Positions 20,801 through 31,255 of a stretch of DNA of 64,000 bases are shown one piece after another. Each line of letters begins with the position of its first letter. Position 1 is the first letter of the stretch. Both the position numbers and the translations under genes were made by a program. Below the pieces are notes generated by a model that saw nothing but the letters and a program-made list of their open reading frames with translations, was not told where the DNA came from and ran no database searches. This stretch comes from Tetramitus jugosus (lineage: Eukaryota > Protista > Heterolobosea). The stretch lies in assembly GCA_937625935.1 (NCBI GenBank), contig OW569355.1, forward strand, positions 248,001 to 312,000, read 5' to 3'.

Positions 20801-21534
20801 AAGAAATTCGTATCTGTTGTAAATCGTCCCTTTTCAGAAAAGATACTGAGCGTCTTCGCCCCATGGATCAAGTTAAAGTATACTCCCATAAACTTCAAAT
20901 TCTTGGTCGAGCTGGGCAACGAGCGAGCAATCGTCTGCAATTCAACTTCAGTCACCGATATATCACGTTCCCAATGGCGATGCTTCAAATATGTTTGACA
21001 CGTGCCCAACACATCAAATGTCTCCAGCTGAGTCAACTTTGGTGACAGAGTTTTCACACAATTATTGAAGTTGGGTCGACCTAAGAATGAGCCGAAGGGC
21101 AATCGTAGATGCTTCACATTGGGAAACACATTCGCCAAGAACTCAAAAATAGGGATCCTGTTATAATTTCGAATCCCATAACTTGAATCACTCAATCGAC
21201 ATTTCTTTCCCGTGGCATCAATAGGTTTAAACTGAACCAATTGCTCTTGACCATCATCGTCCTTACGGAAATAATACTTTGGCCTGCCGTCATCTACCAG
21301 ACTCAAGTACGTGACATTGCCATAGATTTGTTCTTGAAATTCATAGAGCCACTGGGAGCACACTGACCTCAACATGAAATAAAAGGGATAAGCCGGAATG
21401 AACGACATGATCGCATGAAAAATGTCTCTGGGAATGGGTTGATCAGCCATTGTGAAATATCCAAGAATTTTGTCTCTTTCTCTCTCTGGGTCTTTGCCAA
21501 ACATTGGGCAGAACGGAATCATCCCCTTCTCCAT
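17854..21534 (-). CDS. F-box + ankyrin-repeat protein
   Basis: F-box IPRDIFHAIMSFIPAYPFYFMLRSVCSQW; ankyrin repeats DKNGHNVLHSAC, NVRGENALFYS, NNMGETIVTSA, NNLGRTCLHNVA, DSDGKTPVEL. Start uncertain; the 3' end probably extends to 17705 (see findings). Confidence 0.85.
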   Translation of the reverse strand: MEKGMIPFCPMFGKDPERERDKILGYFTMADQPIPRDIFHAIMSFIPAYPFYFMLRSVCSQWLYEFQEQIYGNVTYLSLVDDGRPKYYFRKDDDGQEQLVQFKPIDATGKKCRLSDSSYGIRNYNRIPIFEFLANVFPNVKHLRLPFGSFLGRPNFNNCVKTLSPKLTQLETFDVLGTCQTYLKHRHWERDISVTEVELQTIARSLPSSTKNLKFMGVYFNLIHGAKTLSIFSEKGRFTTDTNFFRSLLCFNGMTPISVDIQHFTLPYIGFKPTSLFHRPDWDHIKDMYSHFDVSLVGPSTYLPTLRAPAISHVDYMKHMSLKEGIFLSHMETFVRYQTNDILEVIIDSAVREYPYFQPLLSLPEAETAVLLAPYTKIDASFVYNNVNTGLKAMELLTDPDRMKYPELVMNIDSTFYRHAFLCTLLGTLISQCSTEEGLTLIKTIIEDYNASIAVNGVRNYLVELMVSRPSNAIRTSLMKYLLSVNPELIVLGDFEGIINDDKKDLPLIQLVLAGDYAAGCMGDVRYLATAGASLTNVDKNGHNVLHSACRFVQFSLVQYLLSVCPENLIFERNNKGQTPIEQIFPPNCYHEHLDINVQIEFLNHISMLPCFKDQTLQSYTTSRGNLLHVALTSPNIQMIQWLLKNNFDANALNVRGENALFYSARTDASRSNSITNQEDFVDGHAAELIKAGAKVDLENNMGETIVTSALRNQNYSLINIIIQQPSISSKPLSTLLGPRMQHGFNALHFALKKMEEITNSLTSMSKSKTTFHIGDYQVAKHCALLCLEHYPEMLYERSEPSDTASQYISGISPLQVLLNSPKGLHLLDELSIKLSDIANKPVFSSKDFNVVAPIPALSLALEVVTTLPMFDQLMNYTSNVLVRDETQETKPNLLHLAAEKDASLCQCIIKHWKKRYNREELSKLISMPLENDIVDGRRPRNAALIASTLGSYEIFSILWPFTKTFAPQFDSPVQIALEKKNHSFALSVVMHHGAVPSKTQLHQIIRKCMVQRRIDAVHESKFVSLMIQTEEVQPKQSWLEMLVHTPSEVIDPDEERAVKSLSTLQLMVSTAASYMFSWLVRNYSDDPLLDHALKLVDPRTRTTLVHLLTSGTHSRFINDDLSSILQSIVDRFKVEGTAPKQTKRRSKTKLPSLDHLNTKDLTEFINIKNNLGRTCLHNVAVNSTQSMLFDLLVFGASLEITDSDGKTPVELMSSDLATVVQKFLT

Positions 21535-21700
21535 GTCCACTTGTTGTTTGTGAAGAATCAACAATCACTTTCTCGTCATCCGTACTGTTGTGGCTCAGCA
21601 TCTTGAATATTTGTTGTGTTGAGGTTATCCTTTGTGGGAGATGACGGAGTTACAACACAACATTAGAACCCACAAACGAAAAAAGATCAAATCATCAACA

Positions 21701-22854
21701 ATGGAAAAGTACAAGAAGTTTACGGATGCAGGAACCGGAATCAATCCATTTGTTCCATTTATCCCAAAGAACACTCAATCGTCAATTGCATCCAAGCTTT
21801 TATTTATTTTGCGCGCCATTTTTGTGTCGCCTATTCTCTTCTTGATCAAGTTGGTGTTTTTGTTGTGTTTTACGGTAGCTTACACCATACTGTCCACTTT
21901 GTTCTCCATGGTAAGTTGAACTAAAACTAACTTATCACTGATGGATCCAATCAACTCACCAATTCATCATGTTTTTTCCAACCATAGATCCCATTGTGGT
22001 TCATTAGGAGACCTCTTGAACGATACTTGAACGCATTGTTCATGAGAGCTTACTTGGTGGTTTTTGGTTTCTTTGCTATTGAGAGCTCTCATGTCAATAC
22101 CAATAATCGCCTCCAGTTGTTGTCCTCTCAGGAAACCTACTTTGGATCACATGTGAATCACGGTGATGTCATCATTTGTAATCACGTGAGCTATGTGGAG
22201 CTATTTTACTTGGCATTCCGTTTCGCGCCCACTTTTGCGACTGTAGTCAAACTGGAGGAACAATCAAAGACATCGACGAATGAAGCGCCAAAGTATGCTC
22301 TTGTTAGAAATGGATTCCTCGGTGCATTGCTCAATGTGATCACTGAGAATCAATCACAAAAGGTCGATGCCTCTAGCACTCAATCTCTGTCAGAGATTGC
22401 TGTGTACTGCAAGCAGAATCATCTTGGTCCTGTTGTTGTGTTCCCTGAAGTTGTCTCCTCGAACGGAAGGTCATTATTGACCTTTGAGAGCTCCATCTTT
22501 AGAGTACCTGGTGTTGCAAAGGCTTTGATGGATGAGAAGATTAAGATTCATTTGATTGGCTTCAAGTTTGAATGTCAGAACTTTAGTCCAAGTTTCCACC
22601 ATACGAGCAGCTTCTTCAAGCATCTGTATCATTTGACTACTCAATTCTACAACAAGTTGATAGTGAAGCATGTACATTTGTCACAAACAGAGAGACAACA
22701 AGTGTTGTCTGAGTTGCAATATCCTGACCACCTACGAAATTATTTGACATCCGCTCTGAAACTTCAACCAGTGTCCTCTTCTGCCAACGACAAGGCAAAC
22801 TTTAAGGACTATTGGAACAAAACGCAGAGCAGGGATTATGCAAAGGAAGAATAA
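21701..22854 (+). CDS. Lysophosphatidic acid acyltransferase, LOA1/VPS66-like (intron 21911..21987)
   Basis: N-terminus MEKYKKFTDAGTGINPFVP matches the Loa1 family; acyltransferase motifs CNHVSYVE and VFPEVVSSNGRSLL. A GTAAGT...CTAAC...TAG intron restores the frame. Confidence 0.85.
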
Positions 22855-22968
22855 AAGGAGATTAAAGCAATAATTTGTTAATACTTTATATTTCTTTTGA
22901 CTAAAGTTAATAATCAACAGATCCTATCTGAACTATTAATGCTAAGCAAAGCCGTCATTGATCCACAC

Positions 22969-24153
22969 TCACATATTGTTTGTTTCTGGAACAATTTGTT
23001 CCACTTGAGCGAATTCTACTTCTAATGGACGAGAACATGGCCTGAGCAAATCGTGACACTTAGACTGCTTTGAAATCTTATTGTCATGACCCATCTTCTT
23101 TCCTCTCCTCAGTTGTGCAAATTTTTGTTTCAAGAAACAAAGATGATTGTGGTCCAATCCGATATCAGACTCCACAGTTTGTGGATTAAATTCTTTCATC
23201 AGAACATCTAGATCGTTTTGCTTCTCCTTTAACAAATTTAGTTGCTCGTCAGAAGCCTGCTTTGATAATTGAAGGGCACTTTGAACCTTATTAACTTCTT
23301 CATAGAATATGTTTTGCTTTTGATCTCTGTTAGCCATATCCACTTCGCTTGGCTGAATTTCATTCAGGTCCGCAATGAAAATTCCCAAAGACTCCAACTT
23401 TGCAGCATACTTGTGATTGATATCACTCAAGTGATTCATCTTTCGCTCCAGAGTCTGAATCTTCTCCGAATACACTTCATTGCTCTCCTTTTCTTGTTTT
23501 AATTGATTGGTAATACTAGTCACCAATTCATCACACTTGCTTCTCCACTTGTTTTCACATTCCTGGATCTGATCAACATGTTCCTTAATTTTAAGAACTA
23601 ATCCCGATTTTTCATCCTTCTCATTCTCCAACTCCTTCTCCAACTGTTCAATCCTCGAGTTCAACTCTTCTTCCTTCTTCTTCATATCATAAAAAGTGGA
23701 TGTGACGTTGCCTACCATTGATGATCCTGATGATGTCAGCGTAGAGTACGATGGAGTAGAAATGGAGAGACCAGTGATATTGCTATTCGACAGCACACCA
23801 CCACTGCTACTATGACTCATCATACTCAATCTTCTATTACCGACGTGTGACTTTGCTGGTGTAGAGAAACTGGGCAGAGCAGGTGTCCGAAAACTGCCTG
23901 TGCCTCCACTATTGCTCAACAGACTAGGAGTGGTCGATATTGCACTCGTACTATTCGGAATTCCACTTGAATAAATGTTGGATTCTCTACGCTTGATTGC
24001 ACTACCCTGTTGCATCTTTATGGATGAAAAGGCTCCACTGACAGATAATCGCCTAGAGGGAGTACCTGGAGCAGGAAAGGATGACTGAATTGGTTTGTTG
24101 ACAAAGATGCCCGTTGTTGTTGCGGGCTTGCTGTTGTTGTTGCTGTTGCTCAT
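22969..24153 (-). CDS. Hypothetical coiled-coil protein with S/T/P-rich N-terminus
   Basis: Long ORF; likely ATG 24153 (MSNSNNNSKP); heptad-rich EELNSRIEQLEKELENEK region. Confidence 0.7.
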   Translation of the reverse strand: MSNSNNNSKPATTTGIFVNKPIQSSFPAPGTPSRRLSVSGAFSSIKMQQGSAIKRRESNIYSSGIPNSTSAISTTPSLLSNSGGTGSFRTPALPSFSTPAKSHVGNRRLSMMSHSSSGGVLSNSNITGLSISTPSYSTLTSSGSSMVGNVTSTFYDMKKKEEELNSRIEQLEKELENEKDEKSGLVLKIKEHVDQIQECENKWRSKCDELVTSITNQLKQEKESNEVYSEKIQTLERKMNHLSDINHKYAAKLESLGIFIADLNEIQPSEVDMANRDQKQNIFYEEVNKVQSALQLSKQASDEQLNLLKEKQNDLDVLMKEFNPQTVESDIGLDHNHLCFLKQKFAQLRRGKKMGHDNKISKQSKCHDLLRPCSRPLEVEFAQVEQIVPETNNM

Positions 24154-24722
24154 GTGAGGAGTTGGGTGCACAGGTTTTGGGGATGGAAATTGAAATTGGT
24201 CGGTCGATGGTGGTTTTGTTTTTTTGCAATTTTTTTTGGGTGTAACGGTAAAAAATTTAACTGTCATAGTAGGAGTTTTGATGGCCCAAACCTTGTAATA
24301 CAACAGACAGCATTTGTGTCGCTCTAATGGAACTTTTCAGATCCTCAACTGAAGAGTAACAGTTACAGTAGAGGGAATTTTGGTGCGGTTGACTGACATT
24401 CGAAGACCCTCAAGTTCATACAACACTGCGGAAGAATGAACTCCGAAGGATCAGAATCAGCCACAACCAAAACGACCGGTGCATCTCACCAAAACAAACG
24501 AAATGAATCAAAAAAGAATGAAGGAGACTCTTTAATGTCCATATCCAGTATCGGAGGAGGATGCACAGAGGAAGGTTTCCTCCGTGTTAATACTGTTCGG
24601 ACTGCTCGTAATTTCACCAATACCTCAACCACTAGATAACGACAAACCGAGGTCTTCCCACTTCTTCAAAAAACAAATTAAATCACACTGTGTGTACACT
24701 ACTAGTGTTTTAGATCAAAAGG

Positions 24723-25160
24723 ATGGTGTTTTGCATGAATCCTCTCTTCTGTGCCATGTTCAAGCGTAAATCAGAAACCAGAAATCAAGATAGTAGGATT
24801 TCTGTCCGAGACTATCGGAACTCCTCTCTACCGGTTGTGTCGAAACAAGACTCTATCTCAGCTACACAAGTTACAGAAAGTAATGCCACTAAGGAGACTA
24901 TACAGAGCAGGAGAATCAGTGCCCAACAACTCAACACTAAGCTAGAGAGTGGAAAGGTTGAAGCTATCACAATTCCAGATGTTGAACAAGGAGAAGAGGG
25001 TCCCTTATCTCCAGAGATGGCCTCACTTCAAAAACAAATAGATCTTCGGCAAAGTGATGGATCAGTCCGAGAACTTGTTAACATTCTAAGTCAATACAAC
25101 TTCCCTCCACAACCTGCATGTGTGAGTGATGAGGAACAGAATCTTCATAGCCTTCGGTGA
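24723..25160 (+). CDS. Small hypothetical protein
   Basis: 145-aa ATG-initiated ORF with plausible composition; no recognisable motif. Confidence 0.45.
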   Translation: MVFCMNPLFCAMFKRKSETRNQDSRISVRDYRNSSLPVVSKQDSISATQVTESNATKETIQSRRISAQQLNTKLESGKVEAITIPDVEQGEEGPLSPEMASLQKQIDLRQSDGSVRELVNILSQYNFPPQPACVSDEEQNLHSLR

Positions 25161-25446
25161 GAAATATCCTCTCCGATCCTGTCCGATAAATTTTTGTAAA
25201 TACAATGTAAAAAATACTTTATTGTAAAGGAATTACGATCACAGTTTTCTTCCAAAATCAGGCATCATTGATAAGTTACCCGACACCATCGGGGATCAGT
25301 ATCTGAAGGATCGCCAGATTCTGGCTGACATCGCACGCATCCGAATCAATCGATCACAACCAAACCCTTTGACATAGTTCGCTATTTTTTCAGTTTCCAT
25401 CCTATAAATTATCTGGAACTGTGATTCGCGGTTATGTGATGGGGAC

Positions 25447-25453
25447 TATAAAA
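25447..25453 (+). promoter_or_regulatory. Candidate TATA box
   Basis: TATAAAA about 100 bp upstream of ATG 25551; a second TATAAA at 25403. Confidence 0.45.
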
Positions 25454-25550
25454 TTGAAGGGCTATCTCATCCTTTTCACCTCTACTCCAACAGAAAAACT
25501 AATACAACTGCTTTTGTAATAATATCAAAGAGTAAACCTTCAATTCTACA

Positions 25551-26408
25551 ATGGTCGAAACAGCCCAATACGGAACTCAACAGAAGCATGGTCTCTTCCA
25601 TCGTCAATCATCGAATGACCTCTACAGTGCCACTTGGAAGAATCCCAGCTACACAAACCTTCAAGCTCAACCTGTGCAACCAGTGGTACTCCAACCATCT
25701 GCACTGGGACAACAGCAATCATGGCAGCAAGCTCCTCTACAAGCTCCCCTGCAGGCTCCATTACAAACTCCTTACATGGCACCTACAACAGGTTTTCAAC
25801 AAACCAGTATGCTGCCTGGACAAGGTCTCACTTCAACAGCTCCCTTGAGTCAAGTCGAACATGTTTATGAGAAGAATGTGATCAATCAACCAGTTGTTCA
25901 CCAAGTGGTTCATCATCCAATCAATGAAATTCATCAACAACACATCAGAAAGGATGTCTATACTCAACCTGTCACTCAGATTGTCCCAGAGCAAAGACTG
26001 ATGCCAACTACTGGAGTGACATCGGGCATCTATCAGTCTGGAACAGGTTTTGTGCCAAACACTGGAATCCAACAACAAGGCTTCGGTGGAGCAGGATATC
26101 AACAAGGATATGGCCAACAGGGATTTAACCAAGGTATTCAACAACCTGGCTACCAGAAACAAGGATTCATGGCAAGGTTCAAAACAAAGATGGCTCAACG
26201 AAAGGCAATGAAGAATCAAAACCTCTATGGTGGAAACCAATTTGGTGGTTATGGAACTCAGATGAGCACAGGAACCGGATTCCCACAACAACAACAACAA
26301 TGGGGTGGAGTTCAACAAGCACCAATGCAATCAGGATTTGTCTCTCAGCCAATGCTCGGATCAACTGGTACAACTGGAAGTTGGGTGAGTGGTCAGCCAA
26401 GATATTAA
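25551..26408 (+). CDS. Q/G/P-rich low-complexity protein
   Basis: 285-aa ORF with QAPL repeats, GYQQGYGQQGF repeats and a central V/H-rich segment; AATAAA downstream at about 26466. Confidence 0.75.
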   Translation: MVETAQYGTQQKHGLFHRQSSNDLYSATWKNPSYTNLQAQPVQPVVLQPSALGQQQSWQQAPLQAPLQAPLQTPYMAPTTGFQQTSMLPGQGLTSTAPLSQVEHVYEKNVINQPVVHQVVHHPINEIHQQHIRKDVYTQPVTQIVPEQRLMPTTGVTSGIYQSGTGFVPNTGIQQQGFGGAGYQQGYGQQGFNQGIQQPGYQKQGFMARFKTKMAQRKAMKNQNLYGGNQFGGYGTQMSTGTGFPQQQQQWGGVQQAPMQSGFVSQPMLGSTGTTGSWVSGQPRY

Positions 26409-26640
26409 ACACTCTGACAGCTTCCTGTGTTCAAAATCGAAGAGGCCATTGTACATACATTCTTCAATAAACCCCGCTTCAAATAACTGAAGAATAGTTC
26501 AACTTTGTAAAAAAAACGCTTTTTGAGAGATCACAAAATTTTGGCGGCGACAGAAGGAAAAATCGATTCAAGAAAAAACTCAACAACAAAAACCAACGAT
26601 CGATCGATTGTCACATACATACTCACAACAAACGTCAATC

Positions 26641-28534
26641 ATGTCAGCACAGGAAATTGTAACAAAGGGAGGTGAAAAGCTCTACAAAGTCGAGACAGAG
26701 AAGGAGATTGATGAGTTGTACAGACATCATCAAATCTTATCTGATGCTGATCAAGATGCTGGCAATCACATTGAATCGTACAAATACATTTTGAATGCTG
26801 TTCGTACTGGACAAGAGCGTGCAAAGGTTCTTGCTTGCCAATTCATTCCAAAATTCTTCAAATATTTTGACAAGTTGGCCTCTCAGGCAATCAATGCCAT
26901 GTTGGATCTCTGTGAAGAAGAGTCTAGAACTGTATGTTGTCTCATAGCTCGAGACATTGAGTTTTTTTTTCTGTATGGATCGATCTAACCATTTATTTTG
27001 GTTGATATCTAGATTCGTCTCAATGCCATCAAGGGACTGCCACTTTTGTGCCAAGAAAAGAAGGAACACGTGAAAACGATTGCCAATGTACTATGTCAAC
27101 TGTTGATTGAGGAAGATAAGGTCGAATCCGATATCATCAAGAACGCTTTTATTCAATTGTTTAAGATTGATAGTAAGGCTGCTTTGACATCACTGTTCGA
27201 ACAGATTGAAAATGTGGAACAAGAGGATGCAAAGGCGAGAGAACAAGCGATTGTATTTTTGAAGGAGAGAGTGATGCCATTGGCATCTGAATTGATCACT
27301 ACGAATCCTGATGCAGAACATTATATTGCAACAGAAATTCAAAAGGTTTGTATTTTTGTCTTTTGTTATTGTTGGAATCATGAAAATGAGGAAAAATTAT
27401 GTGAGGCGAAGATGAGTGCTAATACGTGTCTATTTGTCCCATGTGTCATAGTTGCTCGCAACTGCTTCTGAGAAGGAATTTGCAGATTTTTTGAATATTT
27501 TACAAAATTTATCCATGTACAATGACGAAAATGGTAAGAAATTACTGCTAAACATTGTTGCAGCACAATCTCCATTGAGTGGTGAATACAAATATGATCC
27601 TAAGGATGTTACTACTTTGAAGAGAGTGTTGAACTTGGTTCACATTGTTGCACCATTGCTCAGTTCATTGAAACAAAATGGTCCATTCTTCAAATTCTTG
27701 ACCGTTGATGTGATGCCAAGAATTGAAGAGTTGGAAGATCAATTGCGTCTCGATGTTTTGCGTAGTGTTAGCGTTGAATCTGCTAGTGCATCTGCACCTG
27801 ATGCAAGACAAGCGATCGGCGTCATCTACCAAAAGTTGATGGACAGCATTCCATTGAAGCAAGCAGACAGCACCACTGAACCTGAACTCAACTTTTCATA
27901 TCTTGAATGTTACTTGTACTCATTCCATCAACTGGCACAAAAGGTACCAGGTATTTTGAACTCTATCTGTGGTATTAAGATTGTGACTGGACAACCAGGT
28001 GATGATATGCGTGATTATTCTGAAAAGAGAAACAATATGGTTCAGCGATTACAATATCTTGAGCAAAGATGTTCCACATACAAGAAGGCACTGATCGAAG
28101 TTCTCAAGAAGAATAGAGAAGCAGAAGCTGCCAGTGAGAATAACGCTGCTGAACAATCTGGAGAAAAGTCAGAGGAGGAACCTGCCAAGCCAACCATTTC
28201 TACCGAACAAGCACAAAGTACCATGAGAATCATCAAGAATTTGCTTAAAATGAGTGGCATGCTGTCTAAGAAGCAACCTGTTTTCTGCAAGTCTGACTCG
28301 ATCTACTTGTCATGGATCGAATACCAAGGAAAGAAGAGAACTGCACCTTCATCTGACGATCAACCTGCTGAAAAGAGACAAAGAAAGCACTACTCTCATG
28401 AAAAGGAGCAACAACAGAGAAGACCTTCAGGAAGCAGCTCTAGAGGAAGTCAAAGAGGTGGCTCAAGAGGAGGCAGAGGTGGACGTGGAGGTCGTGGCCG
28501 TGGAGGCTTCCGTGGTGGCAGAAGAAACAATTAA
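26641..28534 (+). CDS. API5: Apoptosis inhibitor 5 (introns 26932..27012, 27346..27451)
   Basis: IDELYRHHQIL, AKVLACQFIPKFFKYF, AINAMLDLCEEE|IRLNAIKGLP, LNFSYLECYLYSFHQLA, IYLSW, RGG tail. Both introns restore the frame. Confidence 0.92.
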
Positions 28535-28627
28535 ACATTGAATTTCACATCGAATTGCCATTTGTCTTATTTTTAGTTCTCTGCATGCAAAAAAAACAAT
28601 CACAAACAACTAGAACAATTCAGCTGA

Positions 28628-29038
28628 ATGGTAAGCCGTTTCTTCCTTCTCGTGATGTTCCACTTCCTTTATCCAATGAAATGCCCTAATCTTTCCATTC
28701 TTCCTTTGTTTGATCCGTGTTTTGATCTTCCATTTTGAATGCAGAGCGCCATCTTCAATTTTGAGAGTATTTTATTGGTTGTGTTGCTGATGATCTGTAC
28801 CTGTGCGTACATTCATGGCTACAGAGCAAGTTTATTAGATTCACACAAGAGAGGGTATGATGATTAATTGGATAATGATTTGGATTCTTTTAGCTCTAAA
28901 ACTAATGCACCTCTTTTTTTCCTCAATAGATTGAGAGGCATCTTCTGGAAATCGGCACGTATAGGAGAACGGTTAAGTCCCTATGTTGGTCTGTGTTGTG
29001 TTGTCATGGCTGTAAGACTCTTATTCTTCCAACAATAA
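28628..29038 (+). CDS. TMEM167: Protein kish / TMEM167 (73 aa; introns 28631..28744, 28855..28929)
   Basis: Spliced translation [73 protein letters not shown]. The first coding exon is the ATG alone. Absent from the ORF track. Confidence 0.95.
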
Positions 29039-29419
29039 GCTATCGCTGCCATTAAACGAACTTTTGAGTAGCCACTCAACCTTGTAAACTTCAATCATCG
29101 TGTATAAACTTCATTCATATATCAATTCGTATTGGTGCTTACTCCAGATTACTGTATCCATAGCGCCAATCGAACTCGCTTTTTGGTCTGTTGGATGATT
29201 CGATGAAGCAAGATTCCGCCAACGAGCATCTACAAATTTTAGTTCGTCCCGACATATCTCAAGTCTGTCCGTTGTCTCACGAAGTTCAACAAAAGTATAT
29301 AGCGTCGGTGGCCAAACAACCATTAAGACGAATCGATTGATTACTTGACTGATTGAACGAACCTTTGTTTGAACAAAAAAGAGTAGGATATACATACTAC
29401 TTTAATATTAATTTCTACG

Positions 29420-30241
29420 ATGACATTGTTCAATAAAGTGAGAATGATACTGCTATGTGCGATAGTGCTGCTCATAGCCACTGTGGCCAACACTCTGAAC
29501 ACTCAAAAGTTAGTCAAGTGCACAGATTCACAAATGTGCTCTCCAAAGTCAGGATCTCCTGCTTGTAGCTTCTACGAGAAAATCAAGCCAAGTAGAGTTA
29601 AAGTCGTAGTAGAGCTAGATAATCAACTCTTAGATCCTATTTATTATGCTTTCTGCATCAAGGTTGACGAATATGCACAATTATCATTGGTGAACTGTAA
29701 GTGCATCACAAATACTACCTCGTTTTCTCCAGCATGTGTCTCACACTCCTTGATCTTTTCTGCAATAACAATAATAGCTAGTGATTATATGAGGGATCAT
29801 GTGAACTCGACCGTTCGAATTTTGATTGATGGAGAATCCTCCAAGTATCGCTATCATCAGAATATTGACGGATCAGCTCACGTAGCCTACTACACTGCCA
29901 TTCTGAAGCTAAAGAATGGAGTTTTCCTAAAGAGATCTGTAAATTCAACAGGAGAGAACATTGTGTTTGAGAATAATTGCAAGGACAATGGCAATTGTGT
30001 CTTGGACAGCAGTTATCCTTGCGTAAGAAACATGGACTGTGGATTCAGAAATGAGACCACACAAGATGGAAAGATTGGCTCAAGCATGGATGTGAAAATT
30101 TTCCTAGCATGGGAGGGAACAGCACTGAACAGCATTCCTTTGAGGAGCTCGGGTTTGCTTCCCTCTCGGTTCAGAGCTTTCTCATTCACAAATTATTTGA
30201 AACAAATGGTCAGTGTTTTCGTGCCCAAGAATGATGAATAA
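29420..30241 (+). CDS. Secreted Cys-rich protein, possibly related to the plant Expp1-like family (probable in-frame intron 29697..29777)
   Basis: Signal peptide ILLCAIVLLIATVANT; C-terminal YTAILKLKNG...C..C...KIFLAWEGT...SRFRAFSF recalled as similar to that family. A GTAAGT...TAG 81-bp segment has no stop codon. Confidence 0.65.
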   Translation: MTLFNKVRMILLCAIVLLIATVANTLNTQKLVKCTDSQMCSPKSGSPACSFYEKIKPSRVKVVVELDNQLLDPIYYAFCIKVDEYAQLSLVNCKCITNTTSFSPACVSHSLIFSAITIIASDYMRDHVNSTVRILIDGESSKYRYHQNIDGSAHVAYYTAILKLKNGVFLKRSVNSTGENIVFENNCKDNGNCVLDSSYPCVRNMDCGFRNETTQDGKIGSSMDVKIFLAWEGTALNSIPLRSSGLLPSRFRAFSFTNYLKQMVSVFVPKNDE

Positions 30242-30496
30242 AAACACAGTAACATCTGACAGAAGTCCAACTTCCACGCTTATTGATCAACATTCATATG
30301 GCTCATGCAAGTTCCAAAGTGTTGCATTGTGGCATTGTGGAATAGCAAGATGGCGCGAACCAAGATCATTCGTTGAACTTTCATTGAATTTGGTCAACCT
30401 ATGAGGTTCAACGAAGACCATGTCAACCTTGTGAATTTCGAAAAAAACAATCGAAAACACATCTATTCGCCAAAAATCAACAACTAAACCATCAGC

Positions 30497-31141
30497 ATGT
30501 TTGTCACAAAGGAAAACAGACTTGAAGTCTATAACCAACTTTACAAGGGTAGGTTTTCTCATGTGTTGAGCATTACGAATTGCTCGAATATAGATAGTTT
30601 AAAAATCAATGATTAACACGATATTTGTTTCCTCTTGTTCATCAACAAAAAATGATTTTGATCGTTGTATATTTTTTCACTATGATTAGAGGGTGTCGTC
30701 ATCGCCAGAAAGAACTTCCAAGCCCCAAGACATCCAAACATCCCTAATGTCACAAATCTCGAAGTCATTCAATTGATGAAGGGATTCACCAGCAAGGGAC
30801 TTGTTAGAGAAACCTTCGCATGGAGACACTACTACTGGTTCTTGACCAACGAAGGTATCAACTACCTCAGAGAATACTTGAACATTCCTTCCAACTATGT
30901 TCCAGCTACCTTGAAGCAAGACAAGAAGACTCAAAAGCCATTCCAAAGATCAACTGGCCCAAGAAGAGAATTCAGAGACAGAGAGCCAAGAGAGAGAAGA
31001 GAATATAGAACCGAAGAATCTAAGACTGTTCCTCAAGTTGACGTCCAAGGCGAACAAGCTGAACGTGGAACTGGCGCAACCCGTGGTAGAGGTTTCGCTA
31101 GAGGAAGAGGTGGTGGTCGAGGTGCACCAAGACAAGAGTAA
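30497..31141 (+). CDS. RPS10: 40S ribosomal protein S10 (eS10) (intron 30549..30689)
   Basis: [17 protein letters not shown]|[10 protein letters not shown]...[50 protein letters not shown]. Confidence 0.97.
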
Positions 31142-31255
31142 ATTTTGTCATTATAAAATTAAGCCTGCTTTCCTTATTGAACTTGTTGAACAAACTTTTG
31201 TCAGTTCATACTTTTTTCACACACAGAAAACCAATTCAAACAAACCGCATCGATC

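Noticed and set aside
24436-24769. Short ORFs upstream of 24723
   Set aside because: No motifs and no convincing splice sites joining them to a gene.
29111-29395. 94-aa minus-strand ORF
   Set aside because: No recognisable motif; it starts 25 bp from a divergent gene; cannot be supported.
30549-30689. Possible snoRNA in the RPS10 intron
   Set aside because: No RTGATGA/CTGA pair and no convincing H/ACA hairpins.
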